Origin: Acinetobacter wanghuae
GTDB lineage: Bacteria; Pseudomonadota; Gammaproteobacteria; Pseudomonadales; Moraxellaceae
Direction of reading: 5' to 3'
Length of the DNA stretch: 32,000 nt
Assembly: GCF_009557235.1 (NCBI RefSeq)
Contig: NZ_CP045650.1
Span: 2,520,001-2,552,000 of the forward strand
This document shows, piece after piece, positions 8,661 through 17,948 of this stretch; position 1 is the first letter of the stretch; every line of letters starts with the position of its first letter. Position numbers and translations under genes: made by a program. The notes under the pieces were generated by a model. That model was not told where the DNA came from and ran no database searches. It saw only the letters and a list, made by a program, of their open reading frames with translations.

Positions 8661-10004
8661 TCAATATGATGTGTTTCCATAATCAATTAACCAAGCATTC
8701 ATGTCTGCAAGTTCTTTTTCAGTGAGCTGCCCTACTGCCGCTTGTAACTGCAAGACATGGATCACATAATCAAATTTCGCATTCAAATAATCGGTTTTTG
8801 AAGAAAAAGCATTACGCTGCGCCAATAACACATCGACCATGGTTTTTAAGCCTTCTTGATATTGCGCTTTGGATGCTTTCGATACAATTTCTGAAGAATC
8901 CATCGCCGCTTTACGCGCATTTAACTTGGCTTGGTCAGTTTCGACTTGCATAAATGACTGTTTTACATCGGTATTGGCTTGACGAATTGCGGCATCTAAT
9001 TGGGCATCACTTTTACGTACATTGACGCCCGCTTGGCGAATCGTTTTCTGCGTACGGAACCCATTAAATACATTCCAATTCATCTCGATACCTACTTGGT
9101 CGAAATCGCCATTGGTCGACATGATGGTTTCAGGACTTTGTTTTAAATACCCATAAGTCCCTACCGCTTCAATCTGCGGATAAAACGCAGCTTGTTCGAC
9201 CCGTTTTGCATCTTCTGCATAATGTTTTTGCTTACGCGCCTGCAAAATACCAAGATTTTGACTTTGTGCTAAATCGCTCCACGACTGCATATCGCTTGGA
9301 ATTGGTTTTTGAAATTGAAAATCTTCTCTTAATACCGCTAAATTGTCTTGATACGGACCGATCAACTGTGCCAATTGTTCTTGTGCCAACACCAATTGCA
9401 CCTGAGTCGAAATACGATTGGCTTGTGCATTTTGATATTGTGCATTGGCTTCACTGACATCACTTCGTGCCACTAAACCTTCTTTAAGTTTGGCATTCAT
9501 CATACGCAGTTGTTCAGATAGCGCTTGTTCTTCTTGTAAATATGCTGTGGTAAGTGCCTGCTGACGCAAGACATTAAAATAAGCTTCTGATACCTGTAAA
9601 ATATGTTGTTGTTTTTGCAGACGTAAATTAATTTCACTCAGTTCAATCGAGGTTTTTACTTGCTTATAACCTTGCCAAGCATCCCAACGAAACAATGGCT
9701 GACGTGCGGTTAAGGTCAGCTGTTTGCTAGTGGTACTTGAACTGAACAAGTTACTGTACTGTGGGTCAGCCGGTGCATCAGTCGATTGATTTTTTTTGGT
9801 GACATTGCCCGAAACTGTCACGGTAGGTAATAAATTCCCCCCCGCAATCCCTAAATTCAGTTGATCTGACTCAAACTGTAATACATTGGCAAGCCATGTC
9901 GGATCATTTTGCTTGGCACGTTCATAGGCAGTAGATAAGTCCAAAGCATAACTCCATGGACTGATCGCGAGTACCAAAGCACTTAAAATGAGTTGTATCT
10001 TCAT
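8661..10004 (-). CDS. tolC: TolC-family outer-membrane efflux/secretion channel
   Basis: 447-aa ORF with a signal peptide (…SPWSYA/LDL) and the N-terminal TAYERAKQNDPTW motif typical of TolC. It has a two-repeat OEP organisation. It is divergent from nudF-cpdA, as tolC is in E. coli. Confidence 0.88.
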   Translation of the reverse strand: MKIQLILSALVLAISPWSYALDLSTAYERAKQNDPTWLANVLQFESDQLNLGIAGGNLLPTVTVSGNVTKKNQSTDAPADPQYSNLFSSSTTSKQLTLTARQPLFRWDAWQGYKQVKTSIELSEINLRLQKQQHILQVSEAYFNVLRQQALTTAYLQEEQALSEQLRMMNAKLKEGLVARSDVSEANAQYQNAQANRISTQVQLVLAQEQLAQLIGPYQDNLAVLREDFQFQKPIPSDMQSWSDLAQSQNLGILQARKQKHYAEDAKRVEQAAFYPQIEAVGTYGYLKQSPETIMSTNGDFDQVGIEMNWNVFNGFRTQKTIRQAGVNVRKSDAQLDAAIRQANTDVKQSFMQVETDQAKLNARKAAMDSSEIVSKASKAQYQEGLKTMVDVLLAQRNAFSSKTDYLNAKFDYVIHVLQLQAAVGQLTEKELADMNAWLIDYGNTSY

Positions 10005-10324
10005 AAAATGATGTTTATCCCTAACCGCTTGATATCGTTTCTTAAAAAGCCTATCAAAATTAAGCCAAATTATTGATTCTTAAACTTTTACAGATACTAA
10101 TCTGATCATTTGATTCATTACGTATGATTTTTATTAATTTTTCAGCCTTGTTTGGGCTTTTTTGTCCTGAATTCATTCATTTTTCAAAGTCACTCACAAC
10201 AGCATAACAAACCCTTTAACAATACTAAACATAGTCTTTTTATTTCGAAGCTACAATAAGCCCTTCAAGCATCTGCGTACTTTTTAGATGACTTTGGTTC
10301 CCGCTTAATAAGCACCGAGGTATC

Positions 10325-11359
10325 GTGTCATTGCATTCTCTCTCCATGTTTAAAATTGGCTTTGTGTTTCTACTGGGAACATTGATCTCAGGCTGTCAGC
10401 CGGCTGAATCACCCAAAATTGTGAACGAACATGTCGAATCACGTGCAGTGAAAAAACCTGCCGTGGATCTGACCGAGATGTGTCAAAATATTGAAAAAGA
10501 TATGGCGAATATTAATGATCAGCGCACAACCTTTGCATTAGAAGAAATTAACCAAAATTTAAAAGTCTGCTTACCGTTGTTAGATCATGCCCAACAGCAT
10601 AAGTTGATGCAGCTTTCCACCAAGATGTATCAACGCTTCCTGACTGTTGAACGTGATCATGAGCAGCAAATCGCATTTGAGCATTATGCTTTAGAAATGG
10701 CGCAACATCCGACCATTCAACAAAGTCATTTTCAAACCCTTAACTCACGCGATCAGTATTTGTTAAAACATAAAGGGCAAGCGTATGTTGAACTGATTGA
10801 TTTTGGTGAGCAACAACTCAATTATCGTCGTAGTCCTGATTATTTGGCACGGATTTTTGCACCTTATTTACCCAAATCAGAACGTGTTTTTATAGAAATG
10901 TTGGCGCAACAAAATCACGAACCCATTCTTCAGAATGGTCGACTCTTGATTTCCCCGCAGGAAATGATGACTCGCGCTTTATTCTGGCAAGAATATCTGC
11001 ATTTATATCCCAACAGTTATTTCAAGACAGATGCACAGTTCTTGATGCAACAATATCGTTATTATCTGTTTTTTGGTACAGCCAAATCCCCTGTTTCAGA
11101 GACGTATTTAGATCGTTTGGCGATGCCAGTTGATGTTTTAGACGCTATTGAACAATTGGCAAAAATGCCTACATCTACGCTGAGTGCCCAAGCAAGGCAG
11201 TATTTACAGTTTTTAGAGATGACACCTGAACAAAAGGCTGCCATTCAGACTAACCATGAGCAAAGCTCCTTAGAACAGAAGCTTGTCAGTTACACCAATA
11301 GCTATGCGCCTAAACATCCACAAAACAAAAACTGCTTTCGCGATGCTGTATGTATCTGA
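10325..11359 (+). CDS. Uncharacterised lipoprotein (no recognisable domain)
   Basis: 344-aa ORF with a lipobox LISGC (Cys24). GTG start with GAGG 5 nt upstream; an alternative ATG is at 10346. The protein is Gln-rich and looks helical. It has further Cys residues at 53 and 82 and a C-terminal CFRDAVC pair. Confidence 0.75.
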   Translation: MSLHSLSMFKIGFVFLLGTLISGCQPAESPKIVNEHVESRAVKKPAVDLTEMCQNIEKDMANINDQRTTFALEEINQNLKVCLPLLDHAQQHKLMQLSTKMYQRFLTVERDHEQQIAFEHYALEMAQHPTIQQSHFQTLNSRDQYLLKHKGQAYVELIDFGEQQLNYRRSPDYLARIFAPYLPKSERVFIEMLAQQNHEPILQNGRLLISPQEMMTRALFWQEYLHLYPNSYFKTDAQFLMQQYRYYLFFGTAKSPVSETYLDRLAMPVDVLDAIEQLAKMPTSTLSAQARQYLQFLEMTPEQKAAIQTNHEQSSLEQKLVSYTNSYAPKHPQNKNCFRDAVCI

Positions 11360-11510
11360 GTCCACGAATGGATCAGTAATATCACCTCATGATCACCACA
11401 AAATAAAATTTTCCGATCAGATTAAGCAACTTGATTAAAATTTACGCCACAAACACAATCTCAATAAAAATGAGTTGTTATTCGTAAAATCTCAGCTAGG
11501 ATGAAAATGA

Positions 11511-12167
11511 ATGGACTCATCCTATTCTGAACCTATGAATATTATTAAAGACGCTTCTTATAACAAAAATGATTTCGAGGTACTCGAACGCCACTATGAG
11601 TATCAAGGCTTTGTGCAGGTTGAAAAAGTCAGTTTGCGTCATCGCTTGTTTCAGCAAGAAAATTACATTCAGCCCATTCAACGTGAGTTAATTGCACGAA
11701 AAGCGGCTGCGGGTGTTTTAATTTATAACGACCAACAACAAAAATTTGCACTGATTGAACAGTTCCGCATTGGCGCGATCAATGACAGCACATCGCCTTG
11801 GCAACTTGAAATTATTGCGGGCGTTCTAGATGGTGATGAATCGCCTGAAGCATGTATTCGCCGTGAAGCACTTGAAGAATCGGGCTGCGAGATACAAGCT
11901 CTACAGCATTTATTTAGTTTTTACCCATCTGCGGGTGCGTGTTCTGAACTGTTTCATTTATATGTCGCAGAAGCTGAACTTCCAAAAGAAGGCGGCGTTT
12001 TTGGCATGATGAATGAAGGGGAAAACATTCAACTGCATTTGATCAATTATGCAGATTTGTCGGTTTTACTTACCAATGGTCGGCTTAAAAATGCACCTGT
12101 CATTATGGCCTTGCAATGGCTACAACAACATATCCATACTGTGAATGTTGCAAGGGAGCAGACGTGA
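11511..12167 (+). CDS. nudF: ADP-ribose pyrophosphatase (Nudix hydrolase NudF)
   Basis: Colinear with E. coli NudF: YQGF...RHRLF, LIEQFRIGA, PWQLEIIAGVLD, and the Nudix box CIRREALEESGC. The C-terminus MALQWLQ matches E. coli IALQWLQ. An alternative start is at 11535. Confidence 0.9.
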   Translation: MDSSYSEPMNIIKDASYNKNDFEVLERHYEYQGFVQVEKVSLRHRLFQQENYIQPIQRELIARKAAAGVLIYNDQQQKFALIEQFRIGAINDSTSPWQLEIIAGVLDGDESPEACIRREALEESGCEIQALQHLFSFYPSAGACSELFHLYVAEAELPKEGGVFGMMNEGENIQLHLINYADLSVLLTNGRLKNAPVIMALQWLQQHIHTVNVAREQT

Positions 12168-12970
12168 ATTTAAATTCAGCCGCAGAGCCAAAAGACTGGA
12201 CGATTATTCAAATTTCCGACACCCATTTAATGGATCGTGTTGAGCTTGAATTTGTGCGGATGAATCCTGAGCAAAGCTTCCATGAAGTCGTTCGTCATAT
12301 TCGTGGGCATTATCCAAATTTAGATGCTGTCATCCATACTGGTGATTTGGCCCAAGTCCCCGTCGATGCGACTTATCAGCGTTATTTAAGCTTTATGCAG
12401 CACTGGAATATCCCGCATTATCAAATTCCGGGGAATCATGATGACAGTCAGGTCTTCCCTTTTCATCAAAACTTAAATCAAGTGCATGCTATTCACTTTG
12501 GCACATGGAGCATGATCCTGCTCAACAGTGCCGTGGCGGGTAAAGTCGATGGCTGGGTTGAACAACAGCAGTTAGACGAGTTAAATCAACTACTCACAGC
12601 ACATGCCGATCAGCACGTTATCATTGCTTGTCATCATCATCCATTTGCGATGCAGTCACATTGGATTGATCAGCATCGCTTAAAAAATGCCGAATCGTTA
12701 AAAGATATCATTCAGCAGCATTCCAATGTAAAGCTGGTTTTGTTCGGTCATGTGCATCAAGCATCATTTAATGAGTGGCAAGGTATTCATTTTTTATCGA
12801 CCCCATCGACGAGCGTTCAATTCAAACCACTGAGTGATGATTTCGCGCTAGATCAAGCTGCGCCTGGTTATCGGGTACTTAAGCTCAAAGAAAATGGCAC
12901 ATTTGAAACCCATATTGAACGTGTTGCGATAAACCAACAAAAAATTAATATTGAAATTTCGGGTTATTAA
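12164..12970 (+). CDS. cpdA: 3',5'-cyclic-nucleotide phosphodiesterase CpdA (metallophosphoesterase)
   Basis: Metallophosphoesterase motifs ISDTHL, TGDL, GNHD, CHHHP and GHVH. I prefer the GTG at 12164, which overlaps the nudF TGA as GTGA, with GGGAGC upstream. The ORF track start at 12116 lies inside nudF. Confidence 0.88.
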   Translation: MNLNSAAEPKDWTIIQISDTHLMDRVELEFVRMNPEQSFHEVVRHIRGHYPNLDAVIHTGDLAQVPVDATYQRYLSFMQHWNIPHYQIPGNHDDSQVFPFHQNLNQVHAIHFGTWSMILLNSAVAGKVDGWVEQQQLDELNQLLTAHADQHVIIACHHHPFAMQSHWIDQHRLKNAESLKDIIQQHSNVKLVLFGHVHQASFNEWQGIHFLSTPSTSVQFKPLSDDFALDQAAPGYRVLKLKENGTFETHIERVAINQQKINIEISGY

Positions 12971-13181
12971 CTTTTCAATTTGTTTTTTTTGCATTACTTT
13001 ATGGCTCTTAAAGGAAATGTGATATCTACAATCCCGCCATCAAAGACTATCAAAAAGCATAAAAAGTCTATATGATGACGACCCCCATAGGAGGATAATC
13101 CTTCTTCAGGGTGGATAAAAATTTGCATATCACCATATTTTTTGCGTAGATATCATACGCATATGATGAGGAATGCCCTAA

Positions 13182-13709
13182 ATGGCGAATGACAACCAAA
13201 ATCAAGTCTTAGACGAGCTTACCGATGTTGTAGATGAAAAAGCTACAAAACGTGTGCGTAAAGCTAAGCCAAAAGCGACAGACGGTGGTTCAACTGCTAG
13301 CTTATTTGGTATTGAGCCTTATCAGCCTAAGAAAAATGAAGATTACATGTCTGAAGGACAGCTTGCCCATTTCCGCCAAATTTTATTGGCATGGAAAGCT
13401 GAACTGATGTCAGAAGTGGATCGTACTTTAAATACGATGCAAGACGAAAATACAGCACTTCCTGATGTGAACGACCGTGCAACGCAAGAAGAAGAATTTG
13501 CGATTGAACTTCGTACCCGTGACCGTGAGCGTAAACTCATTCGTAAAATCGAACAATCGATTGAAGCTATTAAAAATGATGACTACGGCTTCTGCGAAAC
13601 TTGTGGTATTGAAATTGGCTTGCGTCGTTTAGAAGCACGTCCAACAGCAACGTTATGTATCGACTGCAAAACCTTAGCAGAGATCAAAGAGAAGCAAAAT
13701 AACGGTTAA
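13182..13709 (+). CDS. dksA: RNA polymerase-binding transcription factor DksA
   Basis: 175-aa ORF with a coiled-coil region including acidic-tip context (DVNDRATQEEE). C4 zinc finger CETCGIEIGLRRLEARPTATLCIDC. Confidence 0.93.
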   Translation: MANDNQNQVLDELTDVVDEKATKRVRKAKPKATDGGSTASLFGIEPYQPKKNEDYMSEGQLAHFRQILLAWKAELMSEVDRTLNTMQDENTALPDVNDRATQEEEFAIELRTRDRERKLIRKIEQSIEAIKNDDYGFCETCGIEIGLRRLEARPTATLCIDCKTLAEIKEKQNNG

Positions 13710-13711
13710 TC

Positions 13712-14644
13712 GTGACTGTTAAGAATTCCTTAGCCGAGCACAGCTCGGCTCTTGCGCAGCGGCGAAACGATGTTTCGCTGACTCGCTACTCAGGTCGGTT
13801 CGCGCCATCGCCAACCGGCCCTTTACATTTTGGTTCGCTCATTACCGCAGTCGCAAGTTACTGCGATGCCAAAGCTCATCAGGGCTCATGGCTGGTGCGC
13901 ATTGAAGATACCGACATCCCTCGTATTTATCCCGGCAGTGAAGATCATATTCTTCGCGCGATGGATGCTTTTTGCTTTGAATCTGATACGCCAATTATCT
14001 TTCAAAAAGATCGTCTCGACATTTATGAAGCGGTTATTGATGAGTTACGTCAGCAAGACTTGGTCTATGCCTGCCAATGCACGCGTAAAATGCTCGGCTC
14101 AAATCATATCTATCAAGATACGTGTCGGCATTTAGGCTTAGGCTTTGAAGGTCAAGCGATTCGTCTTAAAGTTGAAGATGTCGAAATCTGTTTTGACGAC
14201 CCGCTACAAGGCACACATTGTTCGCATTTGAGACAAGACTTAGGCGACTTTGTCTTGAAACGTCGTGATGGCATCATCAATTATCAGCTTGCTGTTGTAG
14301 TGGATGATTATTTGCAAGGCATGACCCATGTTGTGCGTGGCGCGGATCTTTTAGATAATACCGAACGGCAGATTTATTTAGGTCAGCTGCTTGGCTACCC
14401 TCGCCTGAACTACATACATTTGCCACTGGCGATGAATGATCAAGGGCAAAAATTATCGAAACAAAATATGGCACAGGCTTTAGATTTATCTAAGGCACCT
14501 GAACTGCTACAGCAAGCCATTCAAGCCTTACATCAAGCCCATGTCGATTTAGATACACCTGATCGCATGCTCAAACAAGCGGTAGCACAATGGAACATTG
14601 ATCATATTCCGCATACAACAGCGCTACAAGGTTACTACCTATAA
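13712..14644 (+). CDS. gluQ: Glutamyl-Q tRNA(Asp) synthetase (GluQ-RS/YadB)
   Basis: GRFAPSPTGPLHFGSL (HIGH-type motif) and KLSKQ (KMSKS-type). About 300 aa with no anticodon-binding domain, immediately after dksA as in E. coli. The only canonical in-frame start is GTG at 13712, 2 nt after the dksA stop. Confidence 0.88.
   Translation: MTVKNSLAEHSSALAQRRNDVSLTRYSGRFAPSPTGPLHFGSLITAVASYCDAKAHQGSWLVRIEDTDIPRIYPGSEDHILRAMDAFCFESDTPIIFQKDRLDIYEAVIDELRQQDLVYACQCTRKMLGSNHIYQDTCRHLGLGFEGQAIRLKVEDVEICFDDPLQGTHCSHLRQDLGDFVLKRRDGIINYQLAVVVDDYLQGMTHVVRGADLLDNTERQIYLGQLLGYPRLNYIHLPLAMNDQGQKLSKQNMAQALDLSKAPELLQQAIQALHQAHVDLDTPDRMLKQAVAQWNIDHIPHTTALQGYYL
13732..13780 (+). promoter_or_regulatory. Two tandem perfect stem-loops at the 5' end of gluQ (attenuator/terminator-like)
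   Basis: AGCCGAGC-aca-GCTCGGCT (13732-13750) and GCGAAAC-gat-GTTTCGC (13762-13778, extendable by C60-G80). No T-run follows either. Confidence 0.45.
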
Positions 14645-14692
14645 ACTCATATTTTGGTCTAAGCTAAAGAAAAATAAGATCAGGAAGCATGT

Positions 14693-14929
14693 ATGTTTTT
14701 TATTTTTGGATTAGGTCCTAAAACCAAAGTAATTGAAACGAATCAGTTTGTTTGTCCTGTTTGTCGTACACGTTCAAGTTATGAACTAAAACAACAGCGT
14801 AATTATTTTTCTTTATTTTTCATTCCGCTCATTCCCTTGTCTAAGCCAAAAAATAGCTTTGTGCAGTGCTTAAACTGTAGAACACAAATGCCGAGCACAG
14901 TACTTGACCATGCTCAGCCGAATGTTTAA
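14693..14929 (+). CDS. Small zinc-ribbon protein with a central hydrophobic segment (function unknown)
   Basis: 78-aa ORF with two CxxC pairs (CPVCRTRS, CLNCRTQ) flanking YFSLFFIPLIPL. AGGAAGC lies upstream of the ATG. Confidence 0.65.
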   Translation: MFFIFGLGPKTKVIETNQFVCPVCRTRSSYELKQQRNYFSLFFIPLIPLSKPKNSFVQCLNCRTQMPSTVLDHAQPNV

Positions 14930-14936
14930 TGCTGCT

Positions 14937-16133
14937 TTAGAAGCTTGATTCTTCGCGACTTGGATTGACTTCACGGGTATTGGAATCAATTTTTAGAATC
15001 AAACTGATCATTACTGCACAGACAATCAAAGATGAACCGCCATAACTAATAAACGGCAAGGTCAAACCTTTGGTTGGCAGCATACCCATATTCATGCCCG
15101 CATTGACCAAAATCTGTAATAAGAAAATGATGCTAATACCATAGGCCAAATAACCTGCACGCAAGTATTGATGCTGTAAAGCACGATGACCAATACGAAT
15201 ACAACAAATCAGCATGGTAAATGACAAAAGCAAAATGGTCGAGATGCCCATAAAGCCAAACTCTTCACCCAAAATCGCCAACATAAAGTCGGTATGGGCT
15301 TCGGGTAAATAGGACATTTTTTGGATACTGTGCCCTAAGCCGACACCTGTCCATTCACCACGACCGAACGCCATAAGTGCATTCGACAATTGATAACCTG
15401 TGCCAAGCGGATCTTCCCAAGGATTCGAGAAAGACAGAAGACGTTGTAAACGATAAGGTTCTAACAAAATCGCTGCGACAAATACCCCAAAGAGAGTAAC
15501 GAAAGCCGCACCAAACTGAATCCAAGGCGCACCTGCAAGGAAGAAGATGCCGAGCATGGTCAAGGTGATGACGACCGTTGCACCCAAGTCAGGCTCTAAA
15601 ATAATTAAGCCGACGGTCGCACCCATAATCACAGATAGGCGGACTAAACCTTTGATATTATTTCGAACTTCTTCTGCACGACGAACAACATAATCGGCGG
15701 TGAAAATCGCCATCATGACCTTGCCGACTTCAGATGCCTGCAAGGTAAAGCCTGCCAATCGAATCCAACGTTTGGAACCATTGACTTCAGTACCAACCAC
15801 CAAGACGGCGACCAAAAGTACAATGGTAATAATCCATAAAAAGAAGGTATTATTAAACCAAACATTGAGCGGTACTTTATATGCCAAGTAGGCTGCCATT
15901 GCCGCCACGAAAATCGAGATACCATGACGGGTAACATAGTGGAATGCATTCTCATGCATCCGTTCCGCATAAGGCATAGATGCCGAAGCCACCATAATCG
16001 AGCCAATACATAGCAACCCTAAAACACAGAAAATCAATACATTACGTGGATTTATCTCGGCAGGTAATTTTGGTAACCACCGATCATAGAGTTGGCTTAA
16101 TTTATTGATCGTTGTCTGAGCAAACTCAGCCAT
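14937..16133 (-). CDS. ftsW: Peptidoglycan glycosyltransferase / cell-division protein FtsW (SEDS family)
   Basis: 398-aa polytopic ORF with SEDS motifs (RWIRLAGFTLQASEVGK, PEAHTDFM, LPTKGLTLPFISYGGSS). It sits directly downstream of murD. AAGGAC lies 8 nt before the ATG. Confidence 0.9.
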   Translation of the reverse strand: MAEFAQTTINKLSQLYDRWLPKLPAEINPRNVLIFCVLGLLCIGSIMVASASMPYAERMHENAFHYVTRHGISIFVAAMAAYLAYKVPLNVWFNNTFFLWIITIVLLVAVLVVGTEVNGSKRWIRLAGFTLQASEVGKVMMAIFTADYVVRRAEEVRNNIKGLVRLSVIMGATVGLIILEPDLGATVVITLTMLGIFFLAGAPWIQFGAAFVTLFGVFVAAILLEPYRLQRLLSFSNPWEDPLGTGYQLSNALMAFGRGEWTGVGLGHSIQKMSYLPEAHTDFMLAILGEEFGFMGISTILLLSFTMLICCIRIGHRALQHQYLRAGYLAYGISIIFLLQILVNAGMNMGMLPTKGLTLPFISYGGSSLIVCAVMISLILKIDSNTREVNPSREESSF

Positions 16134-16153
16134 ATTACGAGTCCTTGTTATTC

Positions 16154-17581
<1,428 letters not shown>

Positions 17582-17610
17582 TTATCGCAATTATTTTGTG
17601 TTGTTGCGTA

Positions 17611-17641
17611 AAAAAGCCGTCATTCAAATGACGGCTTTTTA
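17611..17641. terminator. Bidirectional rho-independent terminator between the feo operon and murD
   Basis: AAAAA-GCCGTCAT-tcaa-ATGACGGC-TTTTT. Perfect 8-bp stem with flanking A and T runs. Confidence 0.85.
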
Positions 17642-17661
17642 ACTGAATGACACTTAACTCG

Positions 17662-17913
17662 CTATTTCCATTTTACAGCTTGAATCTCAGCTTTCTTTGG
17701 AACCGCATTATCATTGGCTGAACAACCACAATCACCGCCACAACCCGATGCCATAGCAGGTTTTAACCATGCTGCAAGCGTGTTCCAACCCAGCTTTGCA
17801 CAAACATTTGAAAGCTTTTGAAAGACCGTCCGCGATGTGTTTGGAAAGACCTTTTTGAAAACAACAACAGTACTCCACAGCACCAATGCCATAACAATCA
17901 GAATTTCAATCAT
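17662..17913 (-). CDS. FeoB-associated Cys-rich small membrane protein
   Basis: 83 aa from the internal ATG at 17913, with GGGAGA 5 nt upstream. It has one N-terminal TM helix (MIEILIVMALVLWSTVVVF) and a C-terminal GCGGDCGC cluster. It lies just downstream of feoB. The 127-aa ORF-track version would overlap feoB by about 100 nt. Confidence 0.7.
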   Translation of the reverse strand: MIEILIVMALVLWSTVVVFKKVFPNTSRTVFQKLSNVCAKLGWNTLAAWLKPAMASGCGGDCGCSANDNAVPKKAEIQAVKWK

Positions 17914-17948
17914 TTCATTCTCCCAAAAGCGATCTGCACGATGCAGCA

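Noticed and set aside
470-10004. HlyD adaptor plus ABC exporter plus TolC as a possible type I secretion system
   Set aside because: The three genes are in separate transcription units separated by unrelated genes and terminators. The HlyD protein is AaeA-like and operonic with a FUSC transporter. No RTX or other substrate gene is present.
10846-10861. Sigma-54-like motif TGGCACGGATTTTTGC
   Set aside because: The GG-to-GC spacing is 11 nt instead of the required 10. The site is also inside the lipoprotein coding sequence with no downstream gene start.
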